18,115 nucleotides of DNA from a virus (taxonomy: Duplodnaviria; Heunggongvirae; Uroviricota; Caudoviricetes). The first letter of the stretch is position 1. The number at the start of each line of letters is the position of its first letter. The stretch spans positions 1 through 18,115 of the IMG/VR virus record IMGVR_UViG_2579778982_000016. One strand, written 5' to 3'. Under the pieces are notes generated by a model that had not been told where the DNA came from, searched no databases, and saw only the letters and a list, made by a program, of their open reading frames with translations. Positions 11,361 to 17,884 of this stretch are shown here, one piece after another. The position numbers were made by a program, and so were the translations under genes.

Positions 11361-11999
11361 TTAATTGCGAATGGAATCGCGGAACTCTTTACTTGATAGA
11401 AAAGGATCTGTTCTCCTTAACTCATCATAGTTTTTATTAAACTTTCTTGCTTCACCAGGGTATCTGTTGAACAAAACATTGCAGAAAAAAGAGAGCAATA
11501 ACTCACATATGAATGCTAATATCCTGAAAAATAAAGGTATAAAAAGAAGGAAAGGTTCATTGAAGTCTCTATTCCAAACAAAATAGACAATCATCCCGAC
11601 ATACCAAATTGATATCCCTATACTGATGATTGTTCCAACAGAGGTAACTACGATCCCGATTAAGTCGGACAGTCTGTTTGCCAGTAACTCATTTGAGTAT
11701 CTTGCAATCATATACCGCCAACATTTTGCAATATCATCCTGATCTGTAGAGTCTTCTGGAATGGCTAGGCTTCTACATATTGAAGCAGCTCTTTTTTTCT
11801 CAACTCTTTTTGAGAGCCATCCATTAAAGAGATACATCAACACCTGCGTTGCTATTCCTGCACCAAGTGATATCAAAGACATCCCCAAAAATCGCCACCC
11901 TGGAGATAGTGACTGGTACTGCCAAACAAAAAAAATTAAAAAACCTAATGATCCTATGACATAGGCTGATGTATCGCTATATATATCTATTTTTTTCAT
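11361..11999 (-). CDS. multi-pass inner-membrane protein, candidate superinfection-exclusion protein (sieA-like by position)
   Basis: ATG at 11999 (complement) preceded by GGAGTGG with 7-nt spacer; the tracked ORF's upstream extension lacks an RBS. About 4 hydrophobic helices (AYVIGSLGFLIFFVWQ, FLGMSLISLGAGIATQVLMYLF, IGIVVTSVGTIISIGISIWYVGMIVYFVW, FLLFIPLFFRILAFICELLLSFFCNVLF). AT-rich, opposite strand, convergent on gp16. Occupies the slot where P22 carries sieA. Confidence 0.6.
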   Translation of the reverse strand: MKKIDIYSDTSAYVIGSLGFLIFFVWQYQSLSPGWRFLGMSLISLGAGIATQVLMYLFNGWLSKRVEKKRAASICRSLAIPEDSTDQDDIAKCWRYMIARYSNELLANRLSDLIGIVVTSVGTIISIGISIWYVGMIVYFVWNRDFNEPFLLFIPLFFRILAFICELLLSFFCNVLFNRYPGEARKFNKNYDELRRTDPFLSSKEFRDSIRN

Positions 12000-12066
12000 T
12001 GAGTAGCCACTCCTTAGTTTTGAGCAGGATACCAGATGATAATGTGTAGTTGGAGTAGCGCGGTTG

Positions 12067-12160
12067 TAATGCAAGCATTTTGTTTTAGTTTTATGCTTGC
12101 TTGTATGTGTGTACAGTGCATATAATGCAAGCATACATCACAACAAAGGTGCTTGCATTA
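12067..12160. promoter_or_regulatory. divergent promoter/operator region with repeated inverted repeats
   Basis: TAATGCAAGCAT occurs at 12067-12078 and 12123-12134, each followed 14-15 bp later by its inverted complement (ATGCTTGC at 12093-12100; TGCTTGCATTA at 12150-12160). Sigma70-like -35 TTGCTT (12097-12102) and -10 TATAAT (12121-12126), 18-bp spacer, point at the 12160 gene. Confidence 0.55.
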
Positions 12161-13146
12161 TGACTGAAAAGAAAAGTGGCGAAGGGAAAGCTAAGGGTGG
12201 GATCGCTCGCGCAAAGTCGCTGACTAAAGAGCAGCGTTCTGAAATAGCAAAGAAAGCAGCGGCAAAACGATGGGAAGGTAAGCCACTAAGAGCGATCAGA
12301 AAGGGTAACTTCATTGATGATTTCGGCATTGATGCAGAATGTTACGTACTTGATGATAATGATAAAACGGTTGTAGTTAGTAAAACTGGTCTGGCTAAAT
12401 TACTAGGAATCGGTGAGCATGGTAGGGATGTAGACCGTTTTCTAAATACGAATTATATGGCTGATTTTGTCGATCCATTTTTGCTAGAAAAATTCAAAAA
12501 ACCTCTTATTTTTCAATGGAGAAGTCCGGTCCCAAACTCAGCCCCAAATCCACTCGCTGATGAGGCTCACGGTTACGATATTGCCCTTATCGGCGATATA
12601 GCCACAGCAATGATTAATGCCGATCGAGCTGGCGCTCTACCGCCTTCAAGATCAAAATCTGCCAGCCTTGCCCAAAGACTTGTTACCGCATCAATGAAAG
12701 CAGGGCTTAAAGGACTTGGTTATGCTATTGCAGGATATCGACCTGAAGTACAGGAGGTTATTGATTCCTTCAAGGCCTTTGTTCGTGAAGAGGCGAGGCA
12801 GTATGAAAAAGAATTTCCAGATGAGCTATATGAGGAGTGGTATCGACTGTACGGCCTGAACAGGCCAGAGAAAGGACGTCCAATTCGTTTTGGGCAGCTA
12901 ACCAACATGCAGATATACACTCCTCTAGCAAAGAGTAAAGGTAAAATCCTTGAACAGATTCGAGCCAGCCGAGACGAGAACGGAAAACAATCTGATAAGT
13001 TGCACCTGTTCCTTTCTGAAATTGGTGTCAAGGCTTTGCGTCAGCATATCGGTAAGCTTCTTGGTGTCGCAGCGATGAGCGAGACAAGAGAAGAATACGA
13101 AAAAGGAATCGAAAAGGTTTTTGGAAGAATAAAACCAGAAATCTAA
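12160..13146 (+). CDS. hypothetical protein (328 aa) with basic N-terminal motif, possibly P63C-domain family
   Basis: ATG at 12160 preceded by AAAGG; the tracked TTG start at 12097 lies inside the promoter repeats. N-terminus KGGIARAKSLTKEQRSEIAKKAAAKRWEG resembles a short basic motif I recall at the start of phage proteins annotated P63C; family assignment unverified. Confidence 0.6.
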   Translation: MTEKKSGEGKAKGGIARAKSLTKEQRSEIAKKAAAKRWEGKPLRAIRKGNFIDDFGIDAECYVLDDNDKTVVVSKTGLAKLLGIGEHGRDVDRFLNTNYMADFVDPFLLEKFKKPLIFQWRSPVPNSAPNPLADEAHGYDIALIGDIATAMINADRAGALPPSRSKSASLAQRLVTASMKAGLKGLGYAIAGYRPEVQEVIDSFKAFVREEARQYEKEFPDELYEEWYRLYGLNRPEKGRPIRFGQLTNMQIYTPLAKSKGKILEQIRASRDENGKQSDKLHLFLSEIGVKALRQHIGKLLGVAAMSETREEYEKGIEKVFGRIKPEI

Positions 13147-13153
13147 TTATGAA

Positions 13154-13176
13154 CCCACCTGACGGTGGGTTTTTTA
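13154..13176 (+). terminator. rho-independent terminator
   Basis: CCCACC-tgac-GGTGGG hairpin followed by TTTTTT, 8 nt after the stop of the 328-aa gene and immediately before the next gene's RBS. Confidence 0.75.
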
Positions 13177-13188
13177 TAAGGAGTAATC

Positions 13189-13374
13189 ATGACCATAGAA
13201 GAACGCCTGAACAACATTGAGTTGAATCAAACCCTGCTTGACCAGCGACTTTCAGATCTTGAGCTTAAAGATCTTGATGCGCAAATATCAGAAGCAGAAG
13301 CCAAGCTCTCCAGCTTAAACCACCGTAAGAAGCAAATCCGCGACAGAATTACTCGTGGACGCGGAGGCTGTTAA
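13189..13374 (+). CDS. small coiled-coil protein (61 aa)
   Basis: Strong SD AAGGAG with 5-nt spacer to ATG. Sequence is heptad-like and charged (LNNIELNQTLLDQRLSDLELKDLDAQISEAEAKLSSL); no recognisable family. Confidence 0.5.
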   Translation: MTIEERLNNIELNQTLLDQRLSDLELKDLDAQISEAEAKLSSLNHRKKQIRDRITRGRGGC

Positions 13375-13451
13375 GGCGTGATGGTAATCCTTGCTCACTA
13401 AATTTAAAGATGCGAATCTTTCCGGCCATAGGAGTAATCATGATTTACCCA

Positions 13452-13988
13452 TCAAACAACCCACCAGTTTGCCTGATTGGATACCAGCCTTGCAGTTTTT
13501 ATGGAATTAATTATGCCATGCTCAAGAGCCTTGTTAGCATCCAAAATGGTCGAGTCTGCTATCAGGGATGCCCACCTAATATGGGTTCCGATGTCGATAT
13601 TGAACGTCTCAACGAAGCGATCAAGATCGTTATCGAGGCATTTCCCGTACTCTCTCAATCTGGCATGGTCGGCGGCTGGGGTGGCAAAGCCCCATAATAG
13701 AGGATGTAACAGGAATCTTGATAATGGGTTTGCGAAACGTTCTGAGCCAGCCAGGAAAACGATATTAGCTATGGATTCAACATTGCTTATGTTGTGAGTT
13801 CTAACGGTAACAGGGAGTGACTTAAGAAAGTTATACGCAGTAAAGCCAGCGGCAGTTTCCCCTCCCTGACTTGATATATGGATATTTAATTCAGTTGCGC
13901 CTTGAGATAATGCGGTGAGACAGTGGTTCTGAAGTTGCCCAACAGTGGCGGTGTTAACGGGGCATAAGAAATGAATTGTGTGCAGCAT
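13452..13988 (-). CDS. ClpP-fold serine protease-like protein (178 aa)
   Basis: Translation aligns by eye along its length with E. coli ClpP core: IHISSQGGETAAGFTAYNFL vs INSPGGVITAGMSIYDTM; VRTHNISNVESIANIVFLAG vs [20 protein letters not shown] (catalytic Ser aligned); FLLHPLLWG vs VMIHQPLGG (catalytic His aligned); TILDANKALEHGIINSI vs FLSAPEAVEYGLVDSI. Start ATG overlaps the mnt stop (ATAAATAATG) with AAGGA upstream. Confidence 0.65.
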   Translation of the reverse strand: MLHTIHFLCPVNTATVGQLQNHCLTALSQGATELNIHISSQGGETAAGFTAYNFLKSLPVTVRTHNISNVESIANIVFLAGSERFANPLSRFLLHPLLWGFATPAADHARLREYGKCLDNDLDRFVETFNIDIGTHIRWASLIADSTILDANKALEHGIINSIKTARLVSNQANWWVV

Positions 13989-14236
13989 TATTTATCATCC
14001 TTACCATACATGGTTTTCAGCGTCTCCAGCAGCGCCTCTTTGAATTTGTCAGCTTCTTGCTGAGCAAATGACTCAACTGACTTTGGCGACCTATCTTCAT
14101 CAATCGCGGCTTGCAAAATCATGACGATCTCGGAGTTAACAGAGCGACCATTTTTTGATGCTCTAACAGCAAGAGCCTCGCGCAAAGATTCAGGGATTCT
14201 TACCGTAGTTGGAGAAATTGACACACCCTTTGCCAT
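13988..14236 (-). CDS. mnt: Mnt-like ribbon-helix-helix repressor
   Basis: 82 aa; N-terminal RHH with the NGRSVNSEI signature shared with P22 Mnt (NGRSMNSEL) and Arc; charged C-terminal helix for oligomerisation; divergent from arc-ant as in P22 immI. Confidence 0.8.
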   Translation of the reverse strand: MAKGVSISPTTVRIPESLREALAVRASKNGRSVNSEIVMILQAAIDEDRSPKSVESFAQQEADKFKEALLETLKTMYGKDDK

Positions 14237-14350
14237 ATCACACCTTTGGTATTCAATTTGATATCAAAGTGTATGCAAAAAAATTTTGACTAGATATACT
14301 CACTTTGCTATCTTTTGTATTCGAAAAGAGTTGTTTGCGTGGAGGGTAAC
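14237..14350. promoter_or_regulatory. divergent Pmnt / Pant control region with candidate operators
   Basis: Perfect 12-bp palindrome TTTGATATCAAA at 14257-14268. Rightward -35 TTGACT (14286-14291) and -10-like TATCTT (14309-14314), 17-bp spacer, ahead of arc; GGAGGG RBS at 14341-14346. Confidence 0.55.
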
Positions 14351-14503
14351 ATGGAGAAAGAAATAAGTAAGATTTTGGTAAGGATGCCGCAGTCGTTAAA
14401 GGATGCTATCGGTAGCAGGGCAAAGGAAGAGTGCAGGTCGTTTAACTCAGAGGTTATCAAGCGCCTGATAGACAGCCTGAAGAGAGAGGGGGTAACGGTG
14501 TGA
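14351..14503 (+). CDS. arc: Arc-like ribbon-helix-helix repressor
   Basis: Internal ATG at 14351 with GGAGGG RBS gives 50 aa, close to P22 Arc (53 aa). MPQSLKD...SFNSEVIKRLIDSLKREG parallels P22 Arc MPQFNLR...SVNSEIYQRVMESFKKEG. Confidence 0.75.
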   Translation: MEKEISKILVRMPQSLKDAIGSRAKEECRSFNSEVIKRLIDSLKREGVTV

Positions 14504-14673
14504 TTCGCTTGGATGCAGTAGTCAAAGAGATTGCGATTACCATTTTAAGACCAAATTTTGTTCATGGCGAATCATTTGGCACGAACGAAAAATTGAGAAG
14601 AGAAAGAGTATTCAGTGGCAAGCGCACGTTTTCAGAAGTGATGCTTGATGCGGCAAAGAAATCAAAACAGTGA
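14500..14673 (+). CDS. possible small ORF (57 codons, GTG start) in the arc-ant intergenic region
   Basis: GTG at 14500 overlaps the arc stop (GTGTGA), with GAGGGGG 8 nt upstream. Frame is open for 57 codons to TGA at 14671-14673. Below the ORF-track length cutoff. No homology recognised; could be non-coding spacer hosting a sar-like antisense RNA. Confidence 0.25.
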   Translation: MIRLDAVVKEIAITILRPNFVHGESFGTNEKLRRERVFSGKRTFSEVMLDAAKKSKQ

Positions 14674-14735
14674 AGCCCCAACTGCTGGAACAGTCAGGGC
14701 TTCGGTTGTCGGTAAATCCGTGGAGAAAAACCAAC

Positions 14736-15638
14736 ATGAATAGTATAGCAATTTTAGAAGCAGTGAACACCTCTTACGTGCCATTCAACGGTCAGCAAAT
14801 TATCACCGCCATGGCTGCCGGAGTTGCATATGTTGCGATGAAGCCAATCGTTGAAAACCTCGGAATGAGCTGGTCAACGCAGCAAACAAAACTCATGAAG
14901 CAGATTAGCAAATTCAACTGTGTTCATATGAACATGGTTGCCGCTGATGGTAAGCTTCGTAAGCTACTCTGCCTTCCTTTGAAGAAGTTAAATGGATGGC
15001 TGTTCAGCATCAACCCTGAGAAAGTTCGTGCTGACATCCGCGATAAACTGATTCAGTACCAGGAAGAATGCTTTACTGTGCTGCATGACTACTGGACAAA
15101 GGGAGAGGCAGCAAATGCACGGAAGAAAACATCTGTTGATGACAGGACTCCGCTTCGTGATGCTGTAAATATGCTAGTCAGCAAAAAGCATCTAATGTAC
15201 CCAGAAGCTTATGCAATGATTCATCAGCGTTTCAATGTGGAAAGTATTGAAGAGCTTGATGCATCTCAGATACCACAAGCAGTAGAGTACATCCACAGGG
15301 TAGTGCTTGAAGGTGAGTTCATCGGCAAACAAGAGAAGAAAACCAACGAGCTTTCTGCAAAAGAAGCAAACAGCCTTGTATGGCTATGGGATTATGCCAA
15401 CCGCTCACAGGCATTATTCCGCGAACTGTATCCGGCGCTAAAACAAATTCAATCGAACTATTCCGGCAGATGCTACGACTACGGTCATGAATTCTCGTAT
15501 GTTATCGGAATGGCGAGAGACGTTTTAATAAACCACACACGAGATGTTGATATTAATGAACCAGACGGACCAACGAATCTTTCCGCATGGATGAGACTTA
15601 AGAATAAAGAATTACCTCCTTCAGTACATAACTACTGA
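14736..15638 (+). CDS. ant: antirepressor Ant
   Basis: ATG at 14736 gives 300 aa starting [21 protein letters not shown], which matches my recollection of P22 Ant in sequence and length; follows arc as in immI. The tracked GTG start at 14670 is probably an artefactual extension. Confidence 0.85.
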   Translation: MNSIAILEAVNTSYVPFNGQQIITAMAAGVAYVAMKPIVENLGMSWSTQQTKLMKQISKFNCVHMNMVAADGKLRKLLCLPLKKLNGWLFSINPEKVRADIRDKLIQYQEECFTVLHDYWTKGEAANARKKTSVDDRTPLRDAVNMLVSKKHLMYPEAYAMIHQRFNVESIEELDASQIPQAVEYIHRVVLEGEFIGKQEKKTNELSAKEANSLVWLWDYANRSQALFRELYPALKQIQSNYSGRCYDYGHEFSYVIGMARDVLINHTRDVDINEPDGPTNLSAWMRLKNKELPPSVHNY

Positions 15639-15656
15639 TAGATAACCAACGCAACG

Positions 15657-15680
15657 ACCCAGCTTCGGCTGGGTTTTTTT
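15657..15680 (+). terminator. rho-independent terminator after ant
   Basis: ACCCAGC-ttcg-GCTGGGT hairpin followed by seven T. Confidence 0.85.
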
Positions 15681-15738
15681 ATGCCCAAAATTCACCGTAG
15701 CCATGCTTCGGCGATTCCTTGTATCTGGAGCAAATTAA

Positions 15739-17787
15739 ATGACAGACATTACAGCCAATGTTGTAGTAAGCATGCCTTCGCAACTCTTCACTATGGCTCG
15801 TTCTTTTAAAGCCGTAGCCAATGGCAAAATTTATATCGGTAAAATTGACACGGACCCGGTAAATCCTGAAAACCAGATTCAGGTTTATGTAGAGAATGAA
15901 GACGGTTCTCACGTTCCTGTTCCGCAACCAATCATCATTAACGCCGCTGGATATCCGGTATATAACGGACAGATTGCCAAGTTCGTAACTGTGCAAGGCC
16001 ATTCTATGGCTGTTTATGATGCGTATGGTTCGCAGCAGTTCTACTTTCCTAATGTGCTGAAGTATGATCCGGATCAGCTAAGACATGAGCTAGCGTCGGA
16101 AGCGGGAACAACTTTAATAGGGAAGGGTGATCGAACTCTTGAAGAGTACTTAGAATCAAGCAAGGAAGATTTTGATAACTCATGGAAGAGATATGTAGGT
16201 AAATCTACAACGACACAAAAAGATAGCGCATACTCTGGAGCGGCTCACTACCAACCAGTTAGCGATGATGGGAGCGCAATTGGTAATTATACATTTGAAT
16301 CACCGGTGATTGTTGACTTCTCATCTACATCAGATTGTGTTATGCCAGATTCTGGTGTCGTTTTCAAAATGGGAGCTAATGGACTTACAAGTGGTAATTA
16401 TTTTTCTCAAGATAATTACCACTTAAAAAATGTAACGGCAATTGGCGGCACTCCTGAAATTGTTACATTTGAACCATACACAGGATTGACAGCACTAGTA
16501 GATGGTGTTCGCATTATAAATAATGGCTCTCCAGACAAGACCGCTATTAATTTTAAAGGACAGAACTGGTGGCCTACAGTATCTAATAATATATTTAAAG
16601 ATTATACAGATAAAAGAGGAAATTTTTGCAAGGCAATAGATGACGGAGGAGATTTATCTATAAGAAGGAGTGGGAATAGTAGATTGCTTTTCACTGGAAA
16701 TAAAGTCTACTTTGGTGGGGATGCTCTTGGTGGTACGATGTTGAAAGCCAGCGCTGTCTTTAATATTATAAAAGATAATGCCTGTGAACACGGAGAGAAC
16801 GCGATTGTGTTTGAGTACCCATCATCATTCTCAGTTGTCGACGGACTTTACACAGAATGTTCTTTTGGTGGTGGTAATCAGATAGTAATTGGTGACAAAG
16901 AACCTGATCCTAATATTGCAACAATGAATATGATTGGAATAACTATTAAGAATGTTTATTTCAATAATCATTCACATTCATCAAATAGGCTAATCAAATC
17001 TGGAAATGAAACCGTAAGAATAGACAGGTTAATTGTTGATAATATAATTGTCACAAATGCAAATGTTGCATCGCCAGTTATTGAGTTGAATGATGTTCCC
17101 GGGCAATCGATTTGTGTCGGAAATGTATACTCTGGAGTTTCACTAATAAATAAAACAAGCAATGCTGTAAAAATAATAGATATGAATAATAATTTTATTA
17201 AATCGCTAAATGGTAATTTAGCGTCTTCGGGGGGGGACTCCGCAACAGTAAATAATTCTAGAGAAAAAGTATTTGGTAACTTTTTTATTCAATCAACAGG
17301 AAGTTTGTCAGTTAGCAGATATGCAAGTGGTAATCAGTATCAAAAAAATAGAGAGTCAAAGAACTACGCGGCTATAACCATAGTTCCTAATACTTCGTGC
17401 GGTTTTGAGTGGCAGAACCCAAGATATTCAGACCTATCTGGATCTATAGCAACAGTTCAGTTTCTAGCCAAAGCAAGCACTACAGTGAGTGCAGTAGTTT
17501 TAGTTAAATACAAGAACAGTTCTGGAGGTGACACGCTTGCAGCATCATCAATTAGTATTAATGGTGGTGATTTTCAGGAGTTTACTATTCCATTCTTTGC
17601 TAACCGCAATGATGATGATGATTCTGTTCTCTCTGTTGATATTAGATTTGAAAATACATTATCAAGCATTGTTTTTTATGTTTGTGCTTTTAGATTAAAC
17701 AGGGGGGATACAGGACTATGCCGGTCTGCTAATGATTATACGACAGGAGAGATTGATGCAGAGATATCAAAATTCACATTTTATTAA
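15739..17787 (+). CDS. tailspike protein: P22 gp9-type head-binding N-domain fused to a divergent receptor-binding domain
   Basis: First ~113 aa ([60 protein letters not shown]...[11 protein letters not shown]) are near-identical to the remembered P22 tailspike head-binding domain. The remaining ~570 aa are unrelated to P22 gp9, AT-rich, with beta-helix-like G/N/V/I-rich repeats. GGAG RBS upstream. Confidence 0.9.
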   Translation: MTDITANVVVSMPSQLFTMARSFKAVANGKIYIGKIDTDPVNPENQIQVYVENEDGSHVPVPQPIIINAAGYPVYNGQIAKFVTVQGHSMAVYDAYGSQQFYFPNVLKYDPDQLRHELASEAGTTLIGKGDRTLEEYLESSKEDFDNSWKRYVGKSTTTQKDSAYSGAAHYQPVSDDGSAIGNYTFESPVIVDFSSTSDCVMPDSGVVFKMGANGLTSGNYFSQDNYHLKNVTAIGGTPEIVTFEPYTGLTALVDGVRIINNGSPDKTAINFKGQNWWPTVSNNIFKDYTDKRGNFCKAIDDGGDLSIRRSGNSRLLFTGNKVYFGGDALGGTMLKASAVFNIIKDNACEHGENAIVFEYPSSFSVVDGLYTECSFGGGNQIVIGDKEPDPNIATMNMIGITIKNVYFNNHSHSSNRLIKSGNETVRIDRLIVDNIIVTNANVASPVIELNDVPGQSICVGNVYSGVSLINKTSNAVKIIDMNNNFIKSLNGNLASSGGDSATVNNSREKVFGNFFIQSTGSLSVSRYASGNQYQKNRESKNYAAITIVPNTSCGFEWQNPRYSDLSGSIATVQFLAKASTTVSAVVLVKYKNSSGGDTLAASSISINGGDFQEFTIPFFANRNDDDDSVLSVDIRFENTLSSIVFYVCAFRLNRGDTGLCRSANDYTTGEIDAEISKFTFY

Positions 17788-17884
17788 TCTACGCAGATCT
17801 TTATAAAATCTGAGACAAGAGTTGGTGGCGGAAAAGCTTTGTACTGGATTGCAAAGCTTTGTGCTATTCGGTAGTTAAGGTGGG
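17788..17884. other. candidate attP / integrase-binding region between tailspike and int
   Basis: About 97 bp non-coding between convergent tailspike and int. Two direct copies of AAAGCTTTGT (each containing the palindrome AAAGCTTT) at ~17835-17845 and ~17861-17871; short hairpin GGTGG-gtcact-CCACC-TTTT at the int 3' end. Confidence 0.35.

Noticed and set aside
12000-12134. Upstream extension of the minus-strand membrane-protein ORF to 12134
   Set aside because: No RBS at the upstream start and it would run through the divergent promoter region; the ATG at 11999 has a GGAGTGG SD and starts just before the first transmembrane helix.
12097-12159. TTG-initiated N-terminal extension of the 328-aa protein (MLVCVYSAYNASIHHNKGACI...)
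   Set aside because: The extension lies inside the promoter/operator repeats and lacks an RBS; the ATG at 12160 has an AAAGG SD and begins the conserved basic motif.
13410-13797. Plus-strand ORFs 13410..13697 (95 aa) and 13477..13797 (106 aa) overlapping the ClpP-like gene
   Set aside because: The minus-strand frame has full-length ClpP-fold similarity with catalytic residues and a start coupled to mnt. The plus-strand frames are antisense to it; the unusual duplicated RBS is kept as a separate finding, not called as a gene.
14670-14735. GTG start at 14670 giving a 322-aa Ant with a 22-residue N-terminal extension
   Set aside because: The ATG at 14736 yields exactly 300 aa beginning [10 protein letters not shown], matching my recollection of P22 Ant. 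The GTG overlap with the upstream small ORF stop is noted but not preferred.
15679-16002. 107-aa minus-strand ORF spanning the tailspike start
   Set aside because: It is antisense to the highly conserved tailspike head-binding domain and crosses the ant terminator region; no start signals.
17788-17884. Possible tRNA 3' fragment at attP
   Set aside because: I looked for a T-arm or acceptor-stem CCA-like sequence (GGTTCGAATCC-type) and found none convincing; only a short GGTGG/CCACC hairpin, so no tRNA feature is called.
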